From NCBI GenBank assembly GCA_951406725.2, contig OX597822.1, forward strand, positions 116,498,001-116,562,000: 64,000 nucleotides of DNA, in the 5' to 3' direction. A program made the position numbers and the translations under genes. Below are positions 38,991 to 51,779 of this stretch, in pieces; position 1 is the stretch's first letter, and each line of letters opens with the position of its first letter. Below the pieces are notes generated by a model. That model was not told the DNA's origin and ran no database searches. It worked only from the letters and a program-made list of their open reading frames with translations. The DNA comes from Octopus vulgaris. Lineage: Eukaryota.

Positions 38991-39073
38991 CACTGAAAGG
39001 AAAATTTTCTTCAATCAGCTGCTATATGCAGTATTTAGAATCATATAACAATAACAACAACAACAACAATAAT

Positions 39074-39535
39074 AATTGATGCTCTGAGACCAGACATTGT
39101 TGTAGTAGATAAAGGGAAAAGAAAACTAGGGTCATAGATATTGCCATACCTGGGGATGCAAGAATAGGGGACAAAGAGCTGGAAAAGGTAGAAAAACTAC
39201 AAATTACTAAAAGATAAAATTGTCAGAATGTGGGCAATGATGAGAGTAACAGTTATTCCAGTAGTTGTGGGGGCATTCGGAACACTAAATATGTTGGAGA
39301 AATTGGAATTGACATGAGGACAGAGTATGTCCACCAAAATGCTCTGTTGAGGACAACTAAGATTTTGAGATTGGGACTTAGGTGTTGGTTATCTTCCATA
39401 AAAATTAACGCTTAAGCACCAAGTTTTATCATTTGTGGAAAGAGACCCAGTGAGACCTTTGACCAGGGGATGCTGTCTGCTTGCACAGAATCAAACAGAG
39501 CAAGTAAGATCAAGAGGTCTGAGAAGTAGAAAAAA
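39074..39535 (+). mobile_element. R4/Dong-like 3' end, decayed
   Basis: RPDIVVVDK..VIDIAIPGDARIGDKELEK..VIPVVVGA..QNALLRT, next to AAT/AAC repeats. Confidence 0.8.
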
Positions 39536-39852
39536 AAATATAATAACAATAATGATAATAATTTCTTGCAAAGATACAAAGCAAGACATTTTGGAGACAA
39601 TATTAATCATTATATTGATCCCAAGACTTGACTGATTCTTTTAAAACTTTGGAAGGGTGAAGATAAAGTTAACCTCAATAAAATTTTAATACTCTAAAAA
39701 CAGTCTAATATCAATGTATATGCAGATTTTGCAATATAGATATTAACTGTGAAACATTTGAAGGTTAGCAACCGGGAGAAATCTAGCAGTAAAACCGAGT
39801 CTCAGTAATAGGTATTCATCAAGCCAAGCCAGCATGATCATAAAATTCAAAT

Positions 39853-39895
<43 letters not shown>

Positions 39896-39922
39896 GTATA
39901 TATATATGTATATATGTATATG

Positions 39923-39954
<32 letters not shown>

Positions 39955-40007
39955 TGTATGTATATAAATATAAATGATGATGGCGCCAACTTACATATAT
40001 GCCAACA

Positions 40008-40041
<34 letters not shown>

Positions 40042-40656
40042 CATACATATACATGCACATACATATACATGCACATGTACCTATACACACACACACACAT
40101 GCACACAAACACATACAAATATAACAAATAAAATAGGAAACAAAATAAAAAGAAGCCAAAATAAATAACAAAGTGAAAGCAAAGATAAGCAACAACAACA
40201 CCGTTAATAATAACTGCAACGGTAACAACAACAACAGCAACAGCAACAACGTCATATTGTTATATTAGTAAGACTAGCCATGACAGTAACTACATTTCCA
40301 CAAAGGAAGTCATTTTTCATTTTAACTTCATAAATGTGTTTTTATTGCAGTAATTTTAGGTGATATATATTGTTTTAAATACGTGTGATAGCATCATGTG
40401 TGTGTGTTCCTTGAGAGTGGTGTGTGTGCGTGTGTGTCGGATGGGTGTATACATATACACACATACAGATATCTGTATGTGTGTGAGTGTGTGTGTATGT
40501 GTGTGTGTGTGCACATGTGCGCATGTGCTCGCATGTGTGTATGTTTGTATTTATGTACTTATGTGTATGTATATACAAATATATATATATATGTATACAT
40601 ACATATATATATATATATATCTTGACTTACGCATATATATGTGCATACATCTCACA

Positions 40657-40714
<58 letters not shown>

Positions 40715-40811
40715 GTACATATATATAAACAGACAGATAGATAGATAGATAGATAGAAACATACCTACATACATGCATACATACATACATGCATATTTAC
40801 ATACATACATT

Positions 40812-40861
<50 letters not shown>

Positions 40862-40879
40862 TATATGTGTGTGTATTAA

Positions 40880-41345
40880 TATGTATGCAGCTGAAAAACC
40901 TTTCAACGAATCACTTCAGATTCATTTCAAAACTTCTTTGAATTTGGTTAAGATTCTCAAATACCTGCAAGAGGGCATAATATGTCATACCCCTAAGGGA
41001 GTGAGTAGGATAGGGGTTAAGCATTACAGACCCACCTCTCCAATTTCATATATCAAGGAAATCATGGAAGAACAAATTGCCAGACAGAAATTTAGAAGAG
41101 AATTACCTTCTCTGTGATGCTCAGCATGGTTTCCACCCGTCTGGAAGTTACCCCACACATCTTACGTAACAGTACACCTGGATATTTAATCTGCTGTTCA
41201 GCCAATCAAATAAACGTGTGCTGTGTCCGGACTTTACAAAGGTTTGCAACAAAATGTGTTCATGGACAATATTTCACAAGGTAAATGATCTTAGAATTGC
41301 TGGGAAACAAAGAGAATGGTTGTGTAGGACTTCTTTCACTCTTTG
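40880..41345 (+). pseudogene. Decayed CR1/L2/jockey-type reverse transcriptase fragment
   Basis: HYRPTSPISYI.EIME..LLCDAQHGF..DFTK motifs across frameshifts. Confidence 0.6.
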
Positions 41346-41556
41346 ACATTTTTCTGTAAAAAGTAATGCTTTTCCATATGTTAGTTGAATATGCTTTTTG
41401 ATCATACATTTATAGTGTATGTAAATTAGGAGTCTGCTAAACTTGTCTAACCTAATTTGCATAATAGTTCAAGCACTGATAAGGTAGATTAATTAAGTAA
41501 TTAACAAGACTAAAATTATATGTTAATTAAAAATGTATACACACATGTATGTATGT

Positions 41557-41596
<40 letters not shown>

Positions 41597-41659
41597 ATGT
41601 ATGTATGTATGTATGTATATATATATTTATATATATATTTATATATATTATATATGTGT

Positions 41660-42424
41660 TCATACTCGACAGAGTGTAAGTACCTTGAGAGAAAAGTTGA
41701 ACCTAAGAAGCATCAGTCGTGGTGTGCAAGAGAGACGTTTACACTGGTATGGTCATGTAACGAGAATGGATGAAGATAGTTGTGTGAAAAAGTGCCACAC
41801 CCTAGTGGTTGAGGGAACCTGTGGAAGAGGTAGACCCAGGAAAACCTGGGACAAGGTGGTAAAGCACGACCTTCGAACTTTAGGTCACACCGAGGAAATG
41901 ACTTGAGACCGAGAGCTTTGGAAGTATTGCTGTGCATGGGAAGACCCGGCAGGACAAGTGAGACCATAACCCATGGCCTCTACCTGGGATGTAGCCAGTC
42001 CACTTATGCATGCCTTTCCTTCTTGTGACACAAACCCTGCTTGTGAAGACCTGTTGAGGCAAGTGAAAATCGAAATCGATCAACATCAATGGAAATTGTA
42101 GCTGTGATACCTGTGCCGGTGGCACATAAGAGAACCATCCAAACGTGGCTGTTGCCAGCACCACCCCTACTGGCCTCCATGCCGGTGGCACGTAAAAAGC
42201 ACCATCCGATTGTGGCCGTTGCCAGCCTCGTCTGGCACCTGTGCAGGTGGCACGTAAAAAGCACCTATTACACTCACGGAGTGGTTGGCGTTAGGAAGGG
42301 CATCCAGCTGTAGAAACACTGCCAGATCAGACTGGGCCTGGCGCAGCCTTCTGGCTCCCCAGACCCCAGTTGAACCGTCCAACCCATGCTAGCATGGAAA
42401 ACGGACGTTAAATGATGATGATGA
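41660..42424 (+). mobile_element. 5'-truncated RTE-clade LINE
   Basis: ERRLHWYGHVTRMDEDSCVKK..GRGRPRKTW, then 3' UTR and (TGA)n. Near-identical to 19972-20785. Confidence 0.85.
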
Positions 42425-43144
42425 TATATATATATATATTATTTCTTTATTACCCACAAGGGGCTAAACATAGAGGGGACAAACAAGGACAGATAAAGGG
42501 ATTAAGTCGATTACATCGACCCCAGTGCATAACTGGTACTTAATTTATCGACCCCGAAAGGATGAAAGGCAAAGTCGACCTCAGCAGAATTTGAACTCAG
42601 AACGTAGCACACAGATGAAATACTGCTAAGCATTTCGCCCATCATGCTAACGCTTCTGCCAACTCACCACCTTTATATATATATATATATGTCTTACTGT
42701 CATAACCAGAATAACAAGAGAGCCATGAACACTGAGAATTGGTGTTATATCTGAAAAAAATGTTGGATGATGATGGTGGAGGTAATATGTACAGGGCCTG
42801 CTTCTGCTAAAAAATTTAGACATAAAAATGAGTGTTAACATTCTTGAAACATTCTTGATATAGTAAGCAAAAGCGTTTTAATTAATTAAAATTCCAAATT
42901 TAGTAATTTATAAAAAAAGAATGATTGCTTTAATCTCTAAAGCTGTAATTGTAATTAAAATTTTTCATCTTACTACATCAAGTATGTTAGCATCCACTCA
43001 CTGTTAAGTTTTAATACAGAGGGTGTCTCTGAGTTTTGTTATAAATACTCAGTCATACACATGAATACACAAACATATAGAGATTCACACTTGTCTAGAT
43101 GCATCAAATATATATATATATATATGAAGCATCTAAACAAGCTT

Positions 43145-43191
<47 letters not shown>

Positions 43192-43337
43192 AAATAGAAA
43201 GATGAATTTTCTTGTTACAGATTATTCAAAAGTTTAACCGATACCTGGGTAGCAAAAATCACAGCAGAAAATACACGGTTGGAGATAAGACCATTTGGTG
43301 TTGCAAGAGTGCGTTGGTGCGGATAATTGAAGTTTAA

Positions 43338-43453
43338 TATTATTATTGAATGGAAGAAATGGAGTTGAACGAAGATTGTACAGAATTCCTTTTATTACAT
43401 TCTGTACAATTCTGTACAATCTTCGTTCAACTCCATTTCTTCCATTCAATAAT

Positions 43454-43457
<4 letters not shown>
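43338..43457. repeat. Perfect ~50-bp-arm hairpin at the end of a TA-embedded element
   Basis: TATTATTGAATGGAAGAAATGGAGTTGAACGAAGATTGTACAGAAT and its exact reverse complement. Confidence 0.85.
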
Positions 43458-43506
<49 letters not shown>

Positions 43507-44159
43507 TATACATATATATATACATTAAGATCAAAATATGCCTGGAATTGTGACCATCATACTGAAGTCCAGATTCACTCCCTACTGCATTCCATATTTA
43601 ATTAAGTTTTGGGGTTTATCTCCCCTTCCATTTTAGACAAGAATCATTCATTTACATTGTGCTATTTTAATTTATCACAATTTAGTTGTCAAATATGTGA
43701 AGGTGCATGACCCAGTGGTTAGGGGGTTGGCTTGATGACCATAAGGTCATAGGTTCAATTTCTAGACTGGCAGGATGTTGCACCCTTGAGAAAGATGCCT
43801 CATTTCACATTGCTCCAGTCTACACAGCTGAAGACGAGTGCCAGCCAACTGCTAGATAATGTCATTCTAAAAACAAACCATCACACCATTGAAATCTTGG
43901 AGTTATGAGATAAAACAGGATTAATTCAAAACAATGTGAAAAAAATAAGCATCACATTTGACAGTAGGCCGAGAGCTGGGTGAAATGCTTAGATTTCAAA
44001 TTCCGCCAAGGTTGACGTTGCCTTTCATCCTCTTGGGGGTCAATAAAATAAGTACCAGCTGAACACTGGAGGTCAATGTAACCAACTTACCACCCCCCAA
44101 TTGCTGGCCTTGTGCCAAAATTTGAAACCATTATTTTCATTTCTGGTTTCCTTTCATTA

Positions 44160-44404
44160 TAGCCTTATTCCAGCTGCCTTAGTACCGGGCATCCTCCGGA
44201 GGCCAACAGTAGCAAGGGCACCTTGGTTTTGCTACGCATGCTAGAATTATCACCATATTTATTCCATTTTAGATGGAGAGTTCTTTCCGTAGTATATGGG
44301 TTGTACCCATCAAGGTTATCTTTTGTAGTCTTCAGAGATTGGAGTTACCAGAGTGTTGCTTAATATACTTCTCAGCTCCCTTCTTTATCGTTCTCAACAC
44401 ACCA

Positions 44405-44405
<1 letters not shown>
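44160..44405 (-). mobile_element. R4/Dong-like 3' end fragment
   Basis: The minus strand reads ITLMGTTHILRKELSI*; adjacent to (TTA)n. Confidence 0.6.
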
Positions 44406-44442
<37 letters not shown>

Positions 44443-44443
<1 letters not shown>

Positions 44444-44800
44444 GAGTGAGAGAGCAACGCACTTCCCGATTGTTATTCTTGGGTTGAATAATATCGGTAT
44501 TATTTAATTTGTTCATAGTTTTTTTGTACATGGTGTTTGGGGCCGGAGATGATCTGGTGTTGCTGGATTGTAATGTATCAAGCATGTTTACATGTTGTGC
44601 TGTGTTAGAGGTGGAGAGGATATCGATTTAAAATACATCATTTCGTTTGGAAAATAGTAATAAATTTCAATGAGTATTACTTACTCGGATATAGTCCAAT
44701 CCTTTGTCAGTTATTTTTTGGCTCCATGCAATGTCTTTGTTTCCAATGTTTGTGGATAGATTTCGGAGCACTGTTTTATCGCTCTCACATGTTAAACATA
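44443..44800 (-). mobile_element. Second (TAA)n-embedded non-coding element
   Basis: Flanked by TTA repeats; the minus-strand 3' end is GCTCTCTCACTC(AAT)n. Confidence 0.5.
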
Positions 44801-44807
44801 TTATTTA

Positions 44808-44840
<33 letters not shown>

Positions 44841-44924
44841 GTTATTGTTGTTATTAATACTATCCAAAAGGAACCAAATATTTCATAGAACTAATTCATT
44901 GCTTTACTTATAAGATAATCAAAT

Positions 44925-45275
44925 TTGTCCCCTTCGGGACAGTGCCATTCAGTGATACAACCACTGTCCAACAATGCTTTTAACAGTTTGGGAACGCATC
45001 CTAGAGCATCCTTTCAGGGTTATTTGTGATCCTCATAGAGAACCTTCAACCATCTCACCTATCGACTTAAATTGGCAACCTTTCAGGGTGGATTACATAT
45101 ATCAGAAGAAAAAAATGTCTGCAGGGTGGGGGTGGGGGCAACACTAGGGATTAGGGTGGCTAGGATATGAGTCATTTCATGCTTTGCCAAAAAAAGTCAC
45201 AGACAAGGAGTGATGCATGAGTATTGAATTGCCATGGTGCAGCAGCAGCATCCAGGTTTTGTCTGTCCATGCCTC
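44925..45275 (-). pseudogene. Decayed mariner transposase C-terminus
   Basis: Minus-strand frames give LLHHGN (HHDN-like), FLAKHEMT, ADIFF, DAF and EGDK. Confidence 0.6.
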
Positions 45276-45306
45276 AGGGTACTTTCTATTTATCTGTCTA
45301 TCTATC

Positions 45307-48300
45307 TATATATATATATATATAATTCTTTGTATCTCAATCTGTTCCCAATCATTCTCTAACGGCTGAACCAAACCAAATCAAATTTTACACGGTAATA
45401 CTTTGAGACCCCAGGAGTGTCAACACGTAATGTTTTGGGATTAATTTACACTGCATACAAATATACAGACACACTATATTTGGTACTTTATTAAACACAT
45501 ACACACACATCTACACATACATACCTGACGACTGACATGTGTGATGTGCAGGCTGCCCAGTGTCAATACAAAATTTTATTTTCATTTCCATTAAAGCAAT
45601 ACACATTTACTGTTAATAATCATCATGGCAGTTGCAAGGTAAAATATAAAATTCTTTGTCTCTCTGTAACAATTATTGTGGCATTTACCATTAAATCAAC
45701 AGTTCCATACATGTGCTTATATTTCATTAATTTACATTGCATACAAAAAATACAGACATACTATATACATACAACTGCTTACAAAAATAGAGATTGATGT
45801 ATATTTTTTCTATATTCATGATTTTTTTGGTTACAATATTAAAAAAATATGCTACATACATATACACACACAATAGTCTCAACAGAGAAGGTGAGATGTC
45901 TATCACCTCATTGGTTCCTTGTTACCCACAAATGAACAACCAAAATTCCTCCAAATTTACTTTATGAGTGACGTAGGGCAACAAACCCAAAGGAGGTGTC
46001 AAAACTTCAGAAATTTGGATATAAATATTGTTTACCAATTGCAAAGTATGTTACAAGAAAACAATGCCCTGGTTCAAGCCTCTAAAACAGTTATTGAACA
46101 ACAGCCTCTAAGTGATTACCAAATAGTTATCCCCGCTGACAAACAACCTCATCATCAACATGTACATCGTTTTAATGAGCCTACATCAAATGAAGTAGCC
46201 ACCCTTATGGTAGGTGATCCCCATGACAATCCTGATATTCTCATTCATGCTCAAGATAACATTAAACGTGTTTCAGAGACTCGTTCCTCTTACGATGCTC
46301 TCCAGTATTCTCTTATTCTGTGGAATGGACAAAATGGGTAAAATTTCAATATTCCATAGATTCAACTTGCAACAGGTAAGCCAATTACAAACAAAAAAGG
46401 TGACGTCAAATGGCTTCTATTCTTACCGACTGATGTTAGGACCGGAACAATCAAATCAGTTACGCATATCGTAATCTACTTCAATAATACCTGGTTGATA
46501 TCTATGCTAACGTTGAGAGTGAGTGTCTCTTATACATTTGTGACAATCAAAAACAGTTAAGGGCTGAAAATTATGTCCATCTTCAAGATGCTTTCAGGAC
46601 AGATGGTGATATTCAAAACATGGGGCATCTTATAATCCTCCCATCATTATTCACAGGTGGTCCTCGATATATGCACGAATGAAAACAGGGTTTATATGAC
46701 ATAGGTCAGGACATATGGAAAACCGGATATTTTTGTCACCTTCACTTGCAACCCTCAATGGGAAGAAATAAAACCCAACTTTCTTCCACGTCAAGAACCC
46801 TGTCATCGACATGATATTATTGCAAGAGTGTTTCATCAAAAAGTTATGAAAATGGTTTATCTGATCACCAACACAAACATTGCCATTTTTGGACCAACTA
46901 TTTGTCATATGTACACTATTGAATGGTAAAAGAGAGGCCTTCTGCTGTTTTGGTTACACGAAAAAAATTCATCTCAACCAAATTGATACCATCATTAGTG
47001 CTGAATTACCAGACCCAGAAAGAGACTCAGAACTATTTGAAACTATAAAAAACACAGATGGTTCATGATCCATGTGGTACAAAGAATTTCAATTCTATTT
47101 ATATGGTGGATGGTAAGTGCACCAAACACTATCCAAAGCAGTTTTTAGATGAAACTCAAATAGGATATGATGGTTATCTGCTCTACAAACGTCATGAACC
47201 ATGCCAGGGAGGATTCAGAGCAAGCATTGGAGTACGACAGAACTGTCAGTTAGAAATTGATCACAGGTGGATTGTTCCATACTGTCCAATATTGTGCAAA
47301 ACTTTCAATGAGCACATCAATGTGGAATTTTGCAATTCTGTCAAGTCAATCAAGTATGTCTGTAAGTATATAAACAAGGGATCTGATATGGCAATGATTG
47401 GGCTAAAACATCCAGATAAAAATGATGAGTGAACATGTGACCAGATGGCTTGATATATTAGCAGCAATGAGGCAGCATGGAGACTTTTCAATTTTCCAAT
47501 TCATGAAAGGTGTCCAGCAGTAGTTCATCTTGCCATACGTTTAGAAAATGGGCAGCATGTAATCTTTAATCTTTAATCTTTAATCCTCAAAATCCTCAGC
47601 AGGAGTGGCTGTGTGGTAAGTAGCTTGCTTATCAACCACATGGTTCCGTGTTCAGCTCCACTGCATGGCACCTTGGGCAAATGTCTTCTACTATAGCCTC
47701 GGGCCGACCAAAGCCTTGTGAGTGGATTTGGTAGACAGAAACTGAAAGAAGCCCGTCGTATATATATATATATATATATAATTATATATGTATATGTGTG
47801 TATATGTTTGTGTGTCTGTGTTTGTCACCCAACATCAGTTGACAACCGATGCGTTTGTGGCCCCATAACTTAGTGGTTCGGCAAAAGAGACTGATAGAAT
47901 AAGTACTAGGCTTATAAAGAATAAATCCTGGGGTCGATTTGTTCGACTAAAGGCGGTGCTCCGGCATGGCCACAGTCAAATGACTGAAACTAGTAAAAGA
48001 GTAAAAGAGGTTATGCAGAAAATACAAACTCCTCAGAAACAACACTTACTGCTTTCTTTGAACTTTCTCATCCGGACTCTTTTGCTGCAACCTTACTCTT
48101 CCAACAAGTCCCAAACTTCTACACATGGATTCAAACTGATAAGAAGAGGTTAAGAGGAGGTCAAGAGGAAGAGATGTTGAAGGATGGCCGGGAGTTAAGA
48201 AAGATGATGCACCCGGAAGGGTCTCTACTGTACATCCGAACAACTTTCAATGCTATTTTCTTCACATGTTATTTCATGTGGTTAGAGGACCAAAGTCTTT

Positions 48301-48958
48301 TCAAGATCTTAGAATGGTTAATGGTTGATGGTCAACTATGTGAAACTTATTGTGAATAATGTCACAGACAAGGACCGTTAGAAACTGATTCTCACTGGGC
48401 TGACACGTTAACTGAAGCCACCGTTTCAAGTTCTCCCACTCAGCTGAGGAATTTCTTTGCAATAATGCTTCACACATATGGCTTGTTGAATCCAAAACAG
48501 GTATGGGAGAATCCCAAGCATGAACTAAGCGAGGATTTTCTCAATCATGCGTAAAGGGAGAATCCAAACCTTGACCTTCAATTAAATGACTCTATTCTCA
48601 AAGAGACTTTGATACTGCTTCCGAATAAACTCCATCATTTGGGAGGGAAAGATCTAAATGAGTATGGATTGCCACTACCAACAGACAGCAACAGAATTTG
48701 TGCCATGAAATCCTCTGAGAAACTTCCTGTAATTTAGATGCTCTGGAACAGTTTGTCACAGAAAATGAGCCGAAACTTTAACAATTGCAAAGGTATGCAT
48801 ATACTACAATCATTGATGCATTCAAACATGAATGAGGTGGGGTTTTCTTTTTGGATGCTCCTGGTGGTACAGGAAAGACATTCCTAATGAATTTACTTCT
48901 TGCTACAGTCTGCCAACAGAATCAAATTTCCTTAGGTGTTGCATCTTCTAGTATTGAA
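45307..48958 (+). mobile_element. Decayed autonomous-type Helitron (5' end, Rep, start of PIF1 helicase), 3'-truncated
   Basis: PKFLQIYF, RFNEPTSNEVA, SYDALQY, TFTCNPQW, HDIIARVF, EW*KRG, MVHDPCG, WIVPYCP, HINVEFC, KYVCKYINKG, YISSNEAAWR and Walker A DAPGGTGKTFL; many stops and frameshifts. Confidence 0.92.
47599..48009 (+). mobile_element. SINE family A inserted in the Helitron
   Basis: Full head-to-tail SINE that interrupts the RepHel frame. Confidence 0.9.
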
Positions 48959-48986
48959 AGTGGTTTGGGGGTCCTGATAAATGGTG

Positions 48987-49027
<41 letters not shown>

Positions 49028-49042
49028 CTATACTTTATTGGC

Positions 49043-49250
49043 TTAACAAGGCTACTGATGGTTTCATGTAGTAAAAATCTCTCAGCAATTATGAAGCCGA
49101 TCACATGGGAACGTTGGTACTTGTCTCCATCTTAGATGAGTTTAGTACCAGGACCACAAGATGGAGACAAGTATTAACATTCCCATGTGACAGGCTTGAT
49201 AATTGTTGGGAGATTCCTCCTGACATGAAACCATTGGTAGTCTTGTTAAC
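49043..49250. repeat. Diverged inverted repeat (~90-bp arms)
   Basis: TCACATGGGAACGTTGGTACTTGTCTCCATCTT / AAGATGGAGACAAGTATTAACATTCCCATGTGA. Confidence 0.7.
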
Positions 49251-49411
49251 TCACAAATAAAGAATATTTATCCACCTGTGCAGTGTTAAGTATTCATTCT
49301 CACAGTTCGATATTAGCATGTATGGACTGTTGGTGATATATTAGCATATATGTGGACTGTTGGTGATTTGTTTCATCTGTCTTCCTTTTCTCTTGGACTT
49401 TCCTCTGTTTC

Positions 49412-49450
49412 CTGTTTCTGAAGAAGAGCTTTGATTGAAATGTAAAACAG
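49412..49450 (+). ncRNA. Minimal type I hammerhead-like motif in a Penelope-like end (mutated)
   Basis: CTGTTT-CTGAAGA-AGAGCTTTGATT-GAAA-TG-TA-AAACAG. Stem I is perfect; stems II and III are decayed. Confidence 0.55.
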
Positions 49451-49593
49451 CCTGTCTTTCCTTCTTCAAGCGTCTTATTAATACTTTGCATGTACCACAT
49501 CCTTGCGCTGTTGTTTTTGCTTGTCTTTTTCTCCATTTTTTTTATTAATCATATATATATAGATATAGATACATAGATATAAATATGTGTATA

Positions 49594-50433
49594 TGGAAGT
49601 ATGCTGTGCGTGAGAAGACCCGGCAAGACTAGTGAAGCCATAATCCGTGGCCCCTACCTGGGACGTAGTCAGTCCACCTGTGCATACCTTCCTTCTTGTG
49701 ACACTTGTGAAGACCTGTTGAGGCAAGTGAGAATCGAATCGTATCAAATCAAATCGAACCAAATCAAAATAGATGAACATCAATGGAATTTGTATCCTTG
49801 TGGTACCAGTGCCGGTGGCACATAAGAAAACCATCCGAACGTGACCGTAGCCAGTACCGCAATGACTGGCCTCCGTGCTGAGGGCACGTAACAAACACCA
49901 TCCGAGCATGGCCGTCCGCCAGCCTCGTCTAGCACCTGTGTCGGTGACACATAAGAAACACCATCCGAGCGTGGCCGTCTGCCTGCCTCGTCTGGCACCT
50001 GTGTCGGTGGCACATAAAAAACACCATCCGAGCGTGGCCGTCTGCCAGCCTCGTCTGGCACCTGTGTCGGTGGCACATAAAAAACACCATCCGAGCGTGG
50101 CCGTCTGCCAGCCTCGTCTGGCACCTGTGTCGGTGGCACATAAAAAACACCATCTGAGCGTGGCCGTCTGCCAGCCTCGTCTGGCACCTGTGTCGGTGGC
50201 ACATAAAAAACACCATCCGAGCGTGGCCGTCTGCCAGCCTCGTCTGGCACCTGTGTCGGTGGCACATAAAATCACCCACTACACTCTCGGAGTGGTTGGC
50301 GTTAGGAAGGGCATCCAGCTGTAGAAACACTGCCACATCTGACTGGCCTGGTGCAGCCTTCGGGCTTCCAGACCCCAGTTGAACCGTCCAACCCATGCTA
50401 GCATGGAAAGCGGACGTTAAACGATGATGATGA
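49594..50433 (+). mobile_element. RTE-clade LINE 3' UTR with expanded 63-bp tandem repeat (49830-50275)
   Basis: Unit CACCATCCGAGCGTGGCCGTCTGCCAGCCTCGTCTGGCACCTGTGTCGGTGGCACATAAAAAA, about 6-7 copies. Confidence 0.85.
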
Positions 50434-50473
<40 letters not shown>

Positions 50474-50539
50474 AACCCAGTGTAAGCTATGGACACACAA
50501 GAGGTGCAGCAATATCAAAGGAAGCTAACTGGGAAGATA

Positions 50540-51640
50540 GTTTTTGTTTGTGGCAAATGCTCAGGGGCAATAACACTGAAAATGTGCAGAAAACAGCTTC
50601 CGTCACCTTCCAAGGAAAAGAACTACAAGTAGTTGATAGGTGACCAAGTCAGTAGCAGGGATGGTTGCTATGAGATCATAGCTGCTAGAATAAGAATAGC
50701 CTGGGCAAAGTTCAGAGAGCTCTTACCTCTGGTGACAAAGGGCCTTTGCTCAGAGTAGACTGTATGACGCATGTGTGTGTACAGCCAAGCTACATAGCAG
50801 TGAAACATGGGCCATGACTGCTGAGGACATGCGTAAGTTTACAAGGAATAAAGCTAGTATACTCTGCTGGATGTGCAATATCAGTGTGCATACTCAACAG
50901 AGTGTAAGTACCCTGAGAAAAAAGTTGAACGTAAGAAGCATCAAATGTGGTGTGCAAGAGAGACGACTGCACTGGTATGGTCATGTGTTATGTATGGATG
51001 AGGACAGCTGTGTGAAAAAGTGTCACACCCTAGAAGTAGGGGTAACCTGTGGAAGAGGTAAACACAGGAAGACCTGGGATGAGGTGTTGATGCATCTTTG
51101 GAGATATACTGTGCTTGAGAAGACCCTGCAAGCCAAGTGAGACCATAAGCATGGTCTATGCCAGTGCTGCACAACCAGCCCATTTAAGAGTACCCTTCAA
51201 TCATTGGGCAATAAACGGCACTTGCAAAGACCTGTTGAAGCAAGTCATAGTCATGTCCAATGACAGAACTGCTTGATTGGCACCTGTGCTGGTGGCACGT
51301 AAAAAGCACCATTCGAGCATGGTCAATGTCAGTGCTGCCTGAATGGTCCCATACCAGTGGCACATAAAAGGCACCATTCAATCATGATCATTGCCATTAC
51401 TGTCTGACTGGCTCCCATTCTGGTGGCACGTAAAAAGCACCATTCGAGCATGGTCATTGCAAGTGCCGCCTGACTGGCCCTACACACTCGGAGTGGTTGG
51501 TATTAGGAAGGGCATCCATCTGTAGAAACTTTGTCAGATCAGAGTGGAGCCTAGAGCAACCTTCTGGTTTGCCAGCCCTCAGTCAACCTGTCCAATCCAT
51601 GCCAGCATGGAAAGTGGACATTAAACGATGACGACGATCA
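50540..51640 (+). mobile_element. RTE-clade LINE 3' fragment
   Basis: ARIRIAWAKFRELLP..SETWAMT..RRLHWYGHV followed by the 3' UTR. Confidence 0.85.
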
Positions 51641-51779
51641 TATGTGGGAATGTGAAACTCCGAGTAACAGTTCTTGTGATGTCTTTGCAGCTTTATTAAT
51701 AAAGCATGTGTGTGTGTGTATGTGTATGTATATATGTATGTATATATGTATGTATGTAAATATATATATTGTATAGATC

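Noticed and set aside
49478-50396. Repetitive 21-aa-unit ORFs, or a CRISPR-like array
   Set aside because: It is a tandem 63-bp repeat without unique spacers inside a LINE 3' UTR; there are no cas genes and the context is eukaryotic.
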